Source of the DNA: a virus
Lineage: Duplodnaviria; Caudoviricetes
Virus record (IMG/VR): IMGVR_UViG_3300042888_000791
Location: 1 to 61,756 of that record
DNA: 61,756 nucleotides
Strand: one strand, 5' to 3'
Shown here: piece by piece, positions 9,522 to 20,622 of the stretch
Position numbering within the stretch: position 1 is the first letter of the stretch
Layout: each line of letters starts with the position of its first letter
Notes under the pieces: model-generated
Databases searched by the model: none
Told to the model about the DNA's origin: nothing
The model's input: the letters and a program-made list of their open reading frames with translations, nothing else
Made by a program: the position numbers and the translations under genes

Positions 9522-10247
9522 ATGGCAACAGGTAGAAAATTAGTAAGTGATGTTAGAAGTATGCATAAAATACTATCTACAGATTCTTTAATAACAGATA
9601 GAGCTATTCTTTCTGAAATTAGAATTAATTCTAATCTTTTAATTAAAAGAGAAACTAATCTTAGAAAACTTTGGGCTACTGATACATTGTTTACTACTAT
9701 CTCTTGTTTAGAAATGTGTGAAGTACCTATTTCAGAATGTTGTGATTATGTAGATGAATGTACAATAGCTAGAAGTAAAGAAAAAATTCCTCGTATAGCT
9801 GAAGGAAATTATCAATATGTAATACAAGGTGTATACCCAATTAATGCTTTAGGAGGTAAAGTAAATAAACTTAAAGAAATAACTGTTAATAGATATGCAA
9901 ATCTTTTAAAACTTCCTGTAATTAAAAAAGAAGCATATTACTGGATTTCAAATGGTTATCTTTATATAACTAATCCTTTATTACAATCTATTAGATTTGT
10001 AGCTTTTTTTGAAGAAGATGTACCTAATGAAATATTATATCCTGAATGTGGATGTGGTAAAGAATACACACTTGATGAAATTTGTATAAATCCTTTAGAT
10101 AAAGAATTTCCTGTTCCAGGATACTTAGAACAACAAGTATTACAACTTACTTCACAAAAATTATTATCTACTTATTTCAGATTAAAAACTGATTTGGCTG
10201 ATCAAGGAATTGATGGACAAGCACCTAATACAACACCAACAACATAA
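9522..10247 (+). CDS. Putative tail ring protein
   Basis: 241 aa; crAss-like ring-protein pattern (C..ARS...IP; YLY; FEE; D..FP); synteny. Confidence 0.6.
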   Translation: MATGRKLVSDVRSMHKILSTDSLITDRAILSEIRINSNLLIKRETNLRKLWATDTLFTTISCLEMCEVPISECCDYVDECTIARSKEKIPRIAEGNYQYVIQGVYPINALGGKVNKLKEITVNRYANLLKLPVIKKEAYYWISNGYLYITNPLLQSIRFVAFFEEDVPNEILYPECGCGKEYTLDEICINPLDKEFPVPGYLEQQVLQLTSQKLLSTYFRLKTDLADQGIDGQAPNTTPTT

Positions 10248-10250
10248 ACT

Positions 10251-10736
10251 ATGGCAAGAGTTTTTGTAGAATGGAGAAGTGCTAGTAAAGAAAATTATAA
10301 TTTATTTTGTAAAAAATATCCTACAATAGAATTATCTTTTGATGAATGGCGTACTATTATTTATGAATTTAGTGAGTTATTTAAAGAATATATTTTAGAA
10401 ACAGGTGAAAAAGCAAAACTACCTTTTGGATTTGGAGAATTTTCTATAATAAAAAAGAAAAGAAGAAAAGTAAAAGTTAATCCAGAAGGAAAAGAATATA
10501 TCAATCTACCGGTGGATTGGCAAAAAACTAAAGAAAAAGGAAAAATTATATATAATTTTAATTACCATACAGAAGGATTTTTCTTTGGTTGGTATTGGTT
10601 TAAGCAAACAACTAGATTTAGACACTCTACTTTATGGTTTTTTAAACCATCTAGAACTACTTCAAGATTAATTAATCATTATATTAAAGCTGATAATAAA
10701 TACCAACACATTTATTGTGAGTGGAATATAAAATAA
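10251..10736 (+). CDS. HU/IHF-like DNA-binding protein (crAss-like)
   Basis: ILETGEKAKLPFGFGEFSIIKKKRR matches the HU/IHF fold; position between ring and tail tubular genes is typical of crAss-like phages. Confidence 0.7.
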   Translation: MARVFVEWRSASKENYNLFCKKYPTIELSFDEWRTIIYEFSELFKEYILETGEKAKLPFGFGEFSIIKKKRRKVKVNPEGKEYINLPVDWQKTKEKGKIIYNFNYHTEGFFFGWYWFKQTTRFRHSTLWFFKPSRTTSRLINHYIKADNKYQHIYCEWNIK

Positions 10737-10743
10737 AAACAAA

Positions 10744-11682
10744 ATGAGCTACTACTTTAAATACAATTTTATTAGTCCTGAACCTGTTTTCTCAACTGTT
10801 AAAGAAGAACTTAAAAGTTACTTTGATACAGGAGCAGTAGATGATTTAATGTTTCCTACTTATTTAGATAAATGTTTAAAAAAATTAGGAAGAACTACTT
10901 ATATAATAACTCCAGAAATATTATATATAGAAAACTTTGAAGCAAGATTACCTGATAACTTTTATGCTGTTAGAGAAGCTTGGATGTGTTCTGAAATTCC
11001 TTTAACATCTTATCAAGATGCTAATTCATTTTATTCACAAGCATCCTCTACTACAATACAAGTTTCTCCTTTAACTATAGGAGGAACACCTTGTAATAAT
11101 CCTAGTTGTCAAAATTCACAATGTGATGGAACATGTATGCCAGAATTAATACAAGCTGTATATAAAACTAATCATACTACACCAAGATCTTATAAAAGAG
11201 ATTACTTATTAAAACCAGGTAATATTTCTGCTAAGAAACATTGTGACATGGAATATAATAGAAATTTTATACCTAATGCATCTTCATTAGATTCATTTGA
11301 CATTAGAGATAATAAATTTGTAACTAATTTTAGAAATGGTGTTGTTCATATGTTAATGTATGCTACAGATTATGATGAGATTGGAAATCAAATGATTCCT
11401 GATAATTATCGTATTAGAGAGTATGTAGAAGCGTTCATTAAATACAAAGTATTTGAAATGTTATTTAATCAAATTAATGATGAAACATTTAATCAAATAG
11501 AAAAAAAATTAATGATGTATAAGCAAATGTCTGAAGAAGCATACATTATGGCAGATATAGAAATTAAAAAACAAGATGTATACCAAAAACAAAATAGAAT
11601 TAGAAAAGATTTAAATAGGTTTAATATGTACGAACTTAGAGATTCTAATTATAATCGTTATGGAAGACGTAGAAATAATTAA
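10744..11682 (+). CDS. Tail tubular / ring protein
   Basis: 312 aa; D..G..MIPD...Y motif; immediately before the muzzle gene; Cys-rich insertion CNNPSCQNSQCDGTC. Confidence 0.6.
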   Translation: MSYYFKYNFISPEPVFSTVKEELKSYFDTGAVDDLMFPTYLDKCLKKLGRTTYIITPEILYIENFEARLPDNFYAVREAWMCSEIPLTSYQDANSFYSQASSTTIQVSPLTIGGTPCNNPSCQNSQCDGTCMPELIQAVYKTNHTTPRSYKRDYLLKPGNISAKKHCDMEYNRNFIPNASSLDSFDIRDNKFVTNFRNGVVHMLMYATDYDEIGNQMIPDNYRIREYVEAFIKYKVFEMLFNQINDETFNQIEKKLMMYKQMSEEAYIMADIEIKKQDVYQKQNRIRKDLNRFNMYELRDSNYNRYGRRRNN

Positions 11683-11687
11683 TAATT

Positions 11688-14600
11688 ATGGCAGACGATA
11701 AGATAAATAAAATCAAAACCATTATAGATGGTGACAAAAGCAATATCAATTTAAATGATAATGTTGCTTCTACAGGTATGAATTTGGATAATTCTATTAA
11801 TCAAATTGCTAAAGGACAACTTACTTATGCTTTAAATGCTTCTGTTGAAAATTTTGATTCAAATTCCGTTAGTTACCAAAATGAACAAGGTAATGAGTTT
11901 TGTTTACAATTTCCACAAAATTATGTTTTGGTTGGAAACCATCTTATATCTGAAAAAAATAAACATATTTTCTTTATAACTAATCCTGTAACAGGTGATT
12001 CAGAAATAGGATATATGGATAATAACGATTGTATATATAGAACATTAACAAATGCTTTATGTTTAAATTTTAATATACAATATCCAATTCATAAAATAGT
12101 TCATAAAATAACTAATTGTAAAACTGAAATATATTGGACAGATGGGTACAACCCAAGAAGATATATGGATATTGAAAATGTCCCATATAAACTTTCTGAT
12201 TCTTCTACATTATGTGATCCTTTATTTACTAATATATTAGATTGTAATCAAATAAAATTACAACCTAATTTTACTATACCTGAACTTAATATAGTTGATA
12301 CTATAACAGGGGGTAATATAACTGCTGGTACTATTCAGTTTGCTATACAATATAGTGATGCACAAAGTAATCCATACACATCTTACTATTCAATAACTAA
12401 CCCTACTCCTATTGCAGATACATTTTTAACTACAGTTAATTTTAATTATTCTGTTGGTAAATCTATAGTTGTTGAAATTAATAATTTAGATATTACAGGA
12501 CAATTTCAATATTTTAATTTAGCTGTAATAAAAACAGTTAATGATATTACATCAACGGAATTAGTTGGTACATATTTTATTGATAATAGCACACAACAAA
12601 TAACTTATACAGGACAAAATGTAGATAACATTCGTTTATCTATAGGTGATATATTTGAAAAATATCCTTATTACGAAATAGCTAATGATTTAACAGCTGT
12701 ACAGGACGTTCTTGTATGGGATGGACTTACTTCTATAGATAGAATTAATTATCAATCTATAGCCTCTCAAATCACTTTACAATGGGAAACATATAAACTT
12801 CCTTCTACAGAAAACTACTCTAATGAATTAAATGCTACAAATCTTAGAAGTTACCTTCGTGATGAAGTGTATGCTTTTGAGGTAGTATTTTTATTAGCTA
12901 ATGGAAAACAAACTGATGGTTTTCATATACCAGGAAGAGTTGCTACATTATCCGATTTAGTATTAGTTGATTCTGCTACCAATGATGATTTTATTGGAGA
13001 ACCTTCTATTGGTACAACTAGTCCTTATTGGAAAATATATAATACTGCCACTGTAATTGGTAATGCAGTTGGGTTACCTATTGGTAATGCTACACCACAT
13101 GAATATGGTGAATTTGCTTATTGGGAATCTACAGAAAAATATCCATGTAATGTAAATATATGGGGAGATCTTGCTGATAAACCTATAAGACATCATAAAT
13201 TTCCTGATGTTGCTGTTAGCCCTATTTATGAGTCAGCATTATTTATAGGAACTGGTTTAAATAATATGGTAATGCAAAATGATGCAGTTTACCCTATTGG
13301 TGTAAAAATTGATTCAAGTCAAATTGAAAGTTTAATAAGATTTTCTAATTTAACACCAACTCAACAAGATGATATAGTTGGTTATAAAATAGTAAGAGGA
13401 GATAGATCAACTAATAGATCTATTGTAGCTAAAGGTATATTACGTAATGTAGGTAAATATACAAGAGAAGAAGAAGATTTTATTTATCCTAACTATCCTT
13501 ATAATGATCTTGAACCAGATCCTTTTATTAATGTAAGTAATAATGCTTGGAATCAATTAGCTGAACCATATAATATTTATGTTGTACAATTTAATGCGCC
13601 ACTTACAGCAGTAGTTAAAACATATTTAGAAATTGAATTTACAGACCCTAATACAAATAAAAAAGCTAAACATAAATTTACTACATTAGGTAAACAACTG
13701 TGGTGTTCTATAACTAGACCTATTGTTTTAGGCCCTGGAATAGTTAATAATATTTTTCAAACTAATCATGGTCCTGAATTTTATCCTAATAATATTGCTG
13801 TAATAGAACATGCAAATTATGATGTATATACAATGCGTCATAAAAATGGTCATGCTGGATTTAGAGCAGAATGGAATGATGCAATTGTTGGTACAACTAC
13901 TATTTGGGTTCCGGGAGCTTATGGAGAGGGTTATACTGATTATACTATACATGTTGAACCAGGTACAGTTCCTCAAAATATTAGTACCAAATGGGATGAT
14001 ATTACACATGTTTCTGATATTAGAGTAGAATCTTGTGCAACTGAAACGCCTTTACCTAGTATTGCTACAGATACTAATTTACCATATAGACAAATATTTA
14101 ATTCGCCAGAAACTTCTTTTGGGCAACCTTTTTTAGGAAATGTACTTAAATTAGAACAAGTAATGTATGGAGCTGGTAAAGCCCATTTTACTGAAGTGAG
14201 AAATAATGCTAAATATAGATTATTAACTGCTGAAGCACAAAAAGATGCTTTTAATAGTTCATATCAAATTGCTGCTGTTACACCACCTTTTAATCCTGTA
14301 GCTTTATTTTCAGCTTATCAAGCATATCTTACTATTTATATTAATGGTATTACTAGAAAAAATTATGCATATTCATTTAACTCTAGAGCTAACTATGATT
14401 ATAGTGCTTCTATTCCTAATGGATTAGGTATTAAGCAAAGACCTATTGATACTACAAGGTATTTAATACCCGGAATACAAAATGTTGGTGATACTATTAA
14501 TAATAGAAATATTAATATTAATAATTATCAAAGAGAAACTTCTGTATATATAAAAACTAAAGGAACAGATGGTACAATAAGTGCTTTACCTTTTCCTAGT

Positions 14601-17480
14601 AATAGTGTTAATATGCCAGCAAATATAACAGATAAATCTAGATTTACTATAAGTAACAAGGATGCCTGTTCAGTTCCTGCTAAAGAGCAAGATATAAGTG
14701 TTGTTTCTTATTATGCATCTATGAAAAATATATTTATAAACCAATGGGGTCAAATATATTCTTATAAAACTATTGATACAGGATTTCAACAAATATTTAA
14801 TTCTTTAAGTACAAAAAACAATGTAGTATTTGGAGGAGATACATTTATTTCTAGATTTGCATTTAAAACTAAATTACCTTTTTTTATTGATAATAGAGTT
14901 AATGGATTAGATGATTCAGATATATTTTATGATGAGTTGGGTAATATAGCTTATCCAAAATATTGGCACTCAGCTAGATCTATTTTAGAAAATTATGATA
15001 TAATGACTAACATTATTTCATATAAAGCTCATAACTTTGATTGTAAAAATAGTCAAGAACCTAAAGAAAATAATCCTGATAGAACATTCTATGATGGATA
15101 TTTCTATTTGTTTGCATATGGTATTCCTAACTTTTACTGTGAAAGTTCTTACAATACAGATCTTAGACAAGCATTTAATAATAGAGAAGGTGATTTTTGG
15201 CCTCATGTTAGTAATGGTATTCCAGACGATTGGTTACAAGAAAGTTTTGTAAGTATTCAAAATGATAATACATATAATTATAATGTAACTTATTCTAAAC
15301 AAAATAAAGAAAACTATTTTAGCCATCTTCCTTTTGATTGGGATAGTACATGTTATACAGTATATCCTTTTAGAGCTATTTATTCAAATGCACAGCAAAC
15401 AGATGTTGATAACAAAATAAATAATTGGTTAACTTATGGCCCATTATCCTATTTTGATTTTCCACAAAACTATGGTAAATTAATATCATTAGATGGTATA
15501 CAAAACAAAGCTGTATTAGCTAGGTTTGAAAATAAATCACTAATGTATGATAATCTATTAACTATAGATACAAGTAACCCACAAGCTGCTTATATGGGTA
15601 ATCCATTAATGTTTAGAAAATCTCCACCAATAGATTTTGCTGAAACAGATCTTGGATATGTAGGTAGCCAAAATAAATTATTATTAAAAATACCTAATGG
15701 ACAATTAACTATAGATGCTAAAAGAGGACAAATATTTTTAATAGAAGGAACACAAGCTACAGATCTTTCTGCATTTGGCAGTGGTATGAATAGATTTTTT
15801 ACAGACCATTTAGCTTTTGAGATTTTAAGATATTTTCCTACAGTGGATACTGATAACCATTTTAATGGTATTGGCTTACACGCTGTGTATGATAGTAAAT
15901 TTGATAGAATTATAATTACTAAATTAGATTATATACCTTTAGATAAAAATATAAAGTATTATACTACTACTAAAGAATTTTATTTAGAAGAAGAACAATC
16001 TAATGGTGTTATAATTAAAACACAAGTTTATCTATCAGATAAAGAATTTTTCTGTAATAAATCTTGGACAGTATCATTTAATATTAATACAAAAAGTTGG
16101 GTATCATTTCATAGTTACCTTCCTAATTTTTATATAGCAGAAAATAATTTCTTTTATTCCGGGCTTAATGGTTGTTGTACAGATATTGAAGGAAGTTTTG
16201 AAGCTATAGTTGGTGATACTAATAAACCTATTATGACAACTACAACTACAACCTTACTACCTGTAACTACTACTACTTCTACAACAATATTTATTGATTG
16301 TGAATTAAGTGGTAGAATATCAGCAACATATTGTAATATTGAAGGTAATGCTATTATAACAATTCCTCCACCACCTACTACAACTTTGTGTCAAAGGTCT
16401 GATAGTTTACCATCATTTTATTTAGTAACAGGGTATAATGTATATCCTGATCCAGCTATAGTATCTACAGGAAGTTATGAGGATGCTTGTAATGCAATGG
16501 CATTTTTATTACTTAATACATCTGATAATATAATTGTTGAATCTGATGGTGTAATGGCTACTTCTTTAAATGCAGGTAGTGTTATATATAAAATTAATGG
16601 TTCATTAGATTGTACATTACAAGATGATGGTTGGTATTTTACAGATGAAAGTTCTTCTACTAATACAGTATATCATATTGAAAGTGGTGTAATAACTGAA
16701 CTATTTAGTTGTAATTGTGATACTACAACAACTACAACTACTGCTATTCCTAATGTTTCTGAATGTTGTGGAACATTATTTGCATCAGGTGATAATATAT
16801 ATTATTATAATTCTATTGATATAACTATGAATTTATTAAATGTTCCTGGATATGTAGAATCTATAGGTATAGCAATGACAGCTAATTATTTATGGAGTTT
16901 AGATACTACTGGTATAAAACAATGGGATATAACATTAGCACCGTTTAGTGCTACTTATAATAGATTAATTACAATTCCTTTAAGTTTGTCTGTTAATAGT
17001 GGTATAGTTGCTAAAGATGAAAATACACTAATTACAGTAGACAATACAAATTCTCCTATAGAAGATATAGTTGAATTAAATATTACAGGTGTAACAGCAG
17101 TGGTAACAACTATGTTTAGTTTATTATATAATAGAACTACATTTAGAAATATGTTATATACAACAGATGGTAAATTAATTACAATTAATCAAGACATTAT
17201 CACTTTAGTTCATTATATAACACAATATGATTATAGTACTGGTGTAATGGAATATGATTCAAATATTGGAACATTCTCTCCAACATCAATATTTGAATGT
17301 GAATGTAGTTTATTTTTAACAGATGCAGCAGGAAAAATATATATATTTGATAGAACGGAACTAAGTACTATACTTGAAATAAATACACTTGGTGTTCCTG
17401 TATCTTATGCAACTCAAGTGGGAAGTTGCATTGTTAGCTCTTTAATTAATTCAACAACAACCACAACAACAACTCTTTAA
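11688..17480 (+). CDS. Tail stabilisation (muzzle) protein with C-terminal Thr-rich accessory domains
   Basis: 1930 aa; GMNLD, IYWTDG.NP.R, VFGGDTFISRF, WTVSF...WVSFHSYLP are crAss-like muzzle motifs; the last ~420 aa contain several poly-Thr tracts and a beta-repeat domain. Confidence 0.75.
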   Translation: MADDKINKIKTIIDGDKSNINLNDNVASTGMNLDNSINQIAKGQLTYALNASVENFDSNSVSYQNEQGNEFCLQFPQNYVLVGNHLISEKNKHIFFITNPVTGDSEIGYMDNNDCIYRTLTNALCLNFNIQYPIHKIVHKITNCKTEIYWTDGYNPRRYMDIENVPYKLSDSSTLCDPLFTNILDCNQIKLQPNFTIPELNIVDTITGGNITAGTIQFAIQYSDAQSNPYTSYYSITNPTPIADTFLTTVNFNYSVGKSIVVEINNLDITGQFQYFNLAVIKTVNDITSTELVGTYFIDNSTQQITYTGQNVDNIRLSIGDIFEKYPYYEIANDLTAVQDVLVWDGLTSIDRINYQSIASQITLQWETYKLPSTENYSNELNATNLRSYLRDEVYAFEVVFLLANGKQTDGFHIPGRVATLSDLVLVDSATNDDFIGEPSIGTTSPYWKIYNTATVIGNAVGLPIGNATPHEYGEFAYWESTEKYPCNVNIWGDLADKPIRHHKFPDVAVSPIYESALFIGTGLNNMVMQNDAVYPIGVKIDSSQIESLIRFSNLTPTQQDDIVGYKIVRGDRSTNRSIVAKGILRNVGKYTREEEDFIYPNYPYNDLEPDPFINVSNNAWNQLAEPYNIYVVQFNAPLTAVVKTYLEIEFTDPNTNKKAKHKFTTLGKQLWCSITRPIVLGPGIVNNIFQTNHGPEFYPNNIAVIEHANYDVYTMRHKNGHAGFRAEWNDAIVGTTTIWVPGAYGEGYTDYTIHVEPGTVPQNISTKWDDITHVSDIRVESCATETPLPSIATDTNLPYRQIFNSPETSFGQPFLGNVLKLEQVMYGAGKAHFTEVRNNAKYRLLTAEAQKDAFNSSYQIAAVTPPFNPVALFSAYQAYLTIYINGITRKNYAYSFNSRANYDYSASIPNGLGIKQRPIDTTRYLIPGIQNVGDTINNRNININNYQRETSVYIKTKGTDGTISALPFPSNSVNMPANITDKSRFTISNKDACSVPAKEQDISVVSYYASMKNIFINQWGQIYSYKTIDTGFQQIFNSLSTKNNVVFGGDTFISRFAFKTKLPFFIDNRVNGLDDSDIFYDELGNIAYPKYWHSARSILENYDIMTNIISYKAHNFDCKNSQEPKENNPDRTFYDGYFYLFAYGIPNFYCESSYNTDLRQAFNNREGDFWPHVSNGIPDDWLQESFVSIQNDNTYNYNVTYSKQNKENYFSHLPFDWDSTCYTVYPFRAIYSNAQQTDVDNKINNWLTYGPLSYFDFPQNYGKLISLDGIQNKAVLARFENKSLMYDNLLTIDTSNPQAAYMGNPLMFRKSPPIDFAETDLGYVGSQNKLLLKIPNGQLTIDAKRGQIFLIEGTQATDLSAFGSGMNRFFTDHLAFEILRYFPTVDTDNHFNGIGLHAVYDSKFDRIIITKLDYIPLDKNIKYYTTTKEFYLEEEQSNGVIIKTQVYLSDKEFFCNKSWTVSFNINTKSWVSFHSYLPNFYIAENNFFYSGLNGCCTDIEGSFEAIVGDTNKPIMTTTTTTLLPVTTTTSTTIFIDCELSGRISATYCNIEGNAIITIPPPPTTTLCQRSDSLPSFYLVTGYNVYPDPAIVSTGSYEDACNAMAFLLLNTSDNIIVESDGVMATSLNAGSVIYKINGSLDCTLQDDGWYFTDESSSTNTVYHIESGVITELFSCNCDTTTTTTTAIPNVSECCGTLFASGDNIYYYNSIDITMNLLNVPGYVESIGIAMTANYLWSLDTTGIKQWDITLAPFSATYNRLITIPLSLSVNSGIVAKDENTLITVDNTNSPIEDIVELNITGVTAVVTTMFSLLYNRTTFRNMLYTTDGKLITINQDIITLVHYITQYDYSTGVMEYDSNIGTFSPTSIFECECSLFLTDAAGKIYIFDRTELSTILEINTLGVPVSYATQVGSCIVSSLINSTTTTTTTL

Positions 17481-17484
17481 TATT

Positions 17485-18354
17485 ATGGCAACTATTAATA
17501 TAGTAATTAGAATAACAAAAGCAGGACCTAATGCTGGCCCTTTTAATATAACCACAAATACAGGAGTGATATTAGATAGTAATGCTTCTGTAAGAAAACT
17601 TATAAGTGGCACTGTTTATACAATTGATGATAGTGTAAAAAGAATAATATTAGAATCCATAGGTAAATGTAAAATTACACAAAGTTTTTCTGTAGATTCT
17701 TATACAATAGTTGATTATTCTGAAGCTACTTTTACTCAAACTAAAACTGGATGTTTGTGGAGACACTTAACTGACATACAACAGTATAACTTTTTTTATG
17801 GAAATGTAGAACCTTATATTATTGAATATCCTTTTTCATATCAATATCAAGATGAAATTCTTCAAAATGTAAAAGATTATACTAAAGCGTATGAATATTT
17901 ATCTATACCAGATGGTGTATTTAATTATAATACTAAAGTGGAAACAAATAATAAATGGTTTAATAAAGCTATTTTATATAATGGACAACAATCATCTGGT
18001 TTATTAGAGTTGGTTGCAAAACCATTAAATAACTTACAAGCTTATAATAAATATCCTATATTTGCATCTGATAGTAAAACAATTACATTTACTAAAAGTG
18101 ATAATTTTTACCAATATAATACATTTTGGGCTTTACAAAAAAATTCACAAATTCCTTTATTTAATACAGGTTGTACAAGTTTATCATTTGATAAAGTAAT
18201 TAATGAAAGTAATATGGACTATTCTTCAAGAAGTTTTAAAAAAGCCCCACTAAGAGCTAAAGATCTTCGTATAAGACATATATTAGATAATTCATCATCA
18301 GTACATTTAGTAAGTCAATTTATCACTGCACCTACAATGAACTCTTACAAATAA
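17485..18354 (+). CDS. Probable C-terminal part of a split muzzle protein with an N-terminal small beta domain
   Basis: LWRH...YNFFYG..EPYIIE, FNKAILYN.QQSSG and LR resemble muzzle C-termini; the first ~70 aa resemble ORF 7873. Confidence 0.55.
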   Translation: MATINIVIRITKAGPNAGPFNITTNTGVILDSNASVRKLISGTVYTIDDSVKRIILESIGKCKITQSFSVDSYTIVDYSEATFTQTKTGCLWRHLTDIQQYNFFYGNVEPYIIEYPFSYQYQDEILQNVKDYTKAYEYLSIPDGVFNYNTKVETNNKWFNKAILYNGQQSSGLLELVAKPLNNLQAYNKYPIFASDSKTITFTKSDNFYQYNTFWALQKNSQIPLFNTGCTSLSFDKVINESNMDYSSRSFKKAPLRAKDLRIRHILDNSSSVHLVSQFITAPTMNSYK

Positions 18355-18358
18355 TAGT

Positions 18359-20620
18359 ATGAAAAATAAATGGTTAGATAATTACGGTGAAGAAGAGAAT
18401 TATAATGATTCTCAAACAACTGCTCCACAAGGATTTGATGGAGATGGATATAGCAATGTAGGACGTAATTATTCTCCTGCATGGGGAGGGCAGTTTCAAG
18501 AAGGAGGAGAAATTCCTCAAACTCAGAATGGAACAAAGAAACCTATATATGTATCATCAACAAATGATCCTAGATATAAAGCTTACCAAGATAGTTTAAA
18601 TTTGTATAATTATGGAAATAGAAATAAAAAATATGTAGGTGATTATTTAAATAGAAAGTTAGGAGAAAACCCATCACAACTTTTACATAAATTGGATGAT
18701 AATACAAGAAATAGTTTTAAAGATATTGCTTATCATGAACAAGTTGAAAATAAATTTAATAAAATAAAACCTATACATAAAACAAATATATATGCTTCTG
18801 CTCAAGGAATAAAGAATAATTTAATTTTTACTTTACCTTCTTGGAAAAAACCACAACAACAAGTAATAGTAAAACCTACTACAACTAAACCAATAACTAT
18901 TTCAAGTAAAACTACTCCAATAGTTGAAAGAGAACAATTAACTTCTTTACAACCAATGAGTGTAGGGTTACAAGATGTTAATCAACAAATAGGTAATCCT
19001 AATATTAACATTCCTATTCAAGCAAGAGTACCACAGTATTATAATATACAAGATACTAATAAACAAAACTTTGGAGGGGGTGATACATCTTACAGAACAG
19101 AAGATTTATCTAGTCTTAGAGAGCTTCCTAAAGAACAATGGGAAAGAAAGATAACACCTCAATATCAAATGGGTGGATCTGTTTACCCAGTTAATTATGT
19201 TCCTCAAGCACAAGATGGAGAAATAGTTGGAGATGCTGGTCAAGAAATAATAGATTATCTTCAAAGATATTCAAGATATACTAAAGGAATGCCAGGAATA
19301 GGTTCAGCAATTGGTATTACACAATCTTTAGCAAATGAAGAGGATATGAAAGCTTCAGATAAATTAGGTTTATTTCCTCATCCTTATATGCAAGCTGCTT
19401 CTTTAACTGCATTATATGCAGAAAAAGAAAAACAAAATTTAGAAGATTATGCAAAAAGACAATTAGAACATAACTCTTTTTCTAAATTATTAAAAGAAAA
19501 AACTAATAAACAATTAGTTAATGATAAAAAAGTAGATAACACTTATATACCAAAACCTAAAATAGAAAAAATAAAAACTAATATAAAACAAACTCCTTAT
19601 ATTGAACATAAAGATATTAATACAAAAGTTATTGATAATACATCTGTAAGTAGGTCTAGAAAAGGATTTCAAACAGGTGGTTCTATTCCAGGAGCTGTAG
19701 GATTTACATATGCACGTACAAAAGGTATTCCATCAGAAGGTCCATATGCAAAGAAGACCCTTCCTAGTGCACAGAATGGTGTAGATATGTATGGAACACC
19801 TATCACTGCAATTGAAAACCATAGATATGATATTGATAGAACTTACTATGATCCAAGAACAAATAAAATGAATCTTGGTGCTGATTATGCTATATCAGAT
19901 AATAAAAATAAAATAATAGCTCATGAAAACTATCATGCTAAACAACACAATGAAGGTAAAGATAATTTTGATATAGGACATAATACAGATAATAAGCAAT
20001 GGGCAGAAATGCAAAAACGTCCAGAGATGATGTCTACCCCTGAAGTTTGGAATAACTTTTATAATAGAAAAGGTATAGAGTCAGACATGATGATTAACAG
20101 AATAGCAGAGAATATTCCAGAATCACAGTTTTTCAGAAATGCTGCAGGAGATATAATATATAATAAAATAGTTGATTCAGCACAATATAAGGTTCCTTAT
20201 TCTTTTGAAGGAGAAGCAGAATATTATGAGAATACAGGAGAAGAGTTTCAGAATGGTGGAGAGATGAGATATTACCAAAATGGATTAGATTGGAAACCTA
20301 AGAGTATTAGTCAACAAGGTTCAGTTATAAAAGATGATAGAGGACAATGGGATCATCCAGGAGAGATAACAGAAATTAATTCTCCATATATAACCATGCA
20401 AGGAGTACCTTATCCTGTTCTTGGTATATCAGATACAGGAGATACACAAATGATGTATCCAGAAGAAGAATATGAATTTGATGGAAAGAAGGTTACAGAA
20501 TACCCTATGGCTCAAAATGGATTAAGACAAGAACAAAAAAGTTTACAAAATTTAGATAATTTAGTTAACTTTACAAATTACAATATAAAACAATCAGGAG
20601 GCTGGTTAGATACTTTATAA
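18359..20620 (+). CDS. Modular cargo/ejection protein with zincin-like metalloprotease module
   Basis: HENYH motif at 19922-19936 plus a downstream E-x-E-A; repeated QxGG/AQxG motifs; C-terminal ITMQGV.YPVLG...YEF segment. Confidence 0.6.
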   Translation: MKNKWLDNYGEEENYNDSQTTAPQGFDGDGYSNVGRNYSPAWGGQFQEGGEIPQTQNGTKKPIYVSSTNDPRYKAYQDSLNLYNYGNRNKKYVGDYLNRKLGENPSQLLHKLDDNTRNSFKDIAYHEQVENKFNKIKPIHKTNIYASAQGIKNNLIFTLPSWKKPQQQVIVKPTTTKPITISSKTTPIVEREQLTSLQPMSVGLQDVNQQIGNPNINIPIQARVPQYYNIQDTNKQNFGGGDTSYRTEDLSSLRELPKEQWERKITPQYQMGGSVYPVNYVPQAQDGEIVGDAGQEIIDYLQRYSRYTKGMPGIGSAIGITQSLANEEDMKASDKLGLFPHPYMQAASLTALYAEKEKQNLEDYAKRQLEHNSFSKLLKEKTNKQLVNDKKVDNTYIPKPKIEKIKTNIKQTPYIEHKDINTKVIDNTSVSRSRKGFQTGGSIPGAVGFTYARTKGIPSEGPYAKKTLPSAQNGVDMYGTPITAIENHRYDIDRTYYDPRTNKMNLGADYAISDNKNKIIAHENYHAKQHNEGKDNFDIGHNTDNKQWAEMQKRPEMMSTPEVWNNFYNRKGIESDMMINRIAENIPESQFFRNAAGDIIYNKIVDSAQYKVPYSFEGEAEYYENTGEEFQNGGEMRYYQNGLDWKPKSISQQGSVIKDDRGQWDHPGEITEINSPYITMQGVPYPVLGISDTGDTQMMYPEEEYEFDGKKVTEYPMAQNGLRQEQKSLQNLDNLVNFTNYNIKQSGGWLDTL

Positions 20621-20622
20621 TT

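Noticed and set aside
3229-17474. Poly-Thr tracts as slippage microsatellites or phase-variation sites
   Set aside because: Codons are mixed (ACT/ACA/ACC), in frame and confined to particular protein positions, which fits protein-level selection better.
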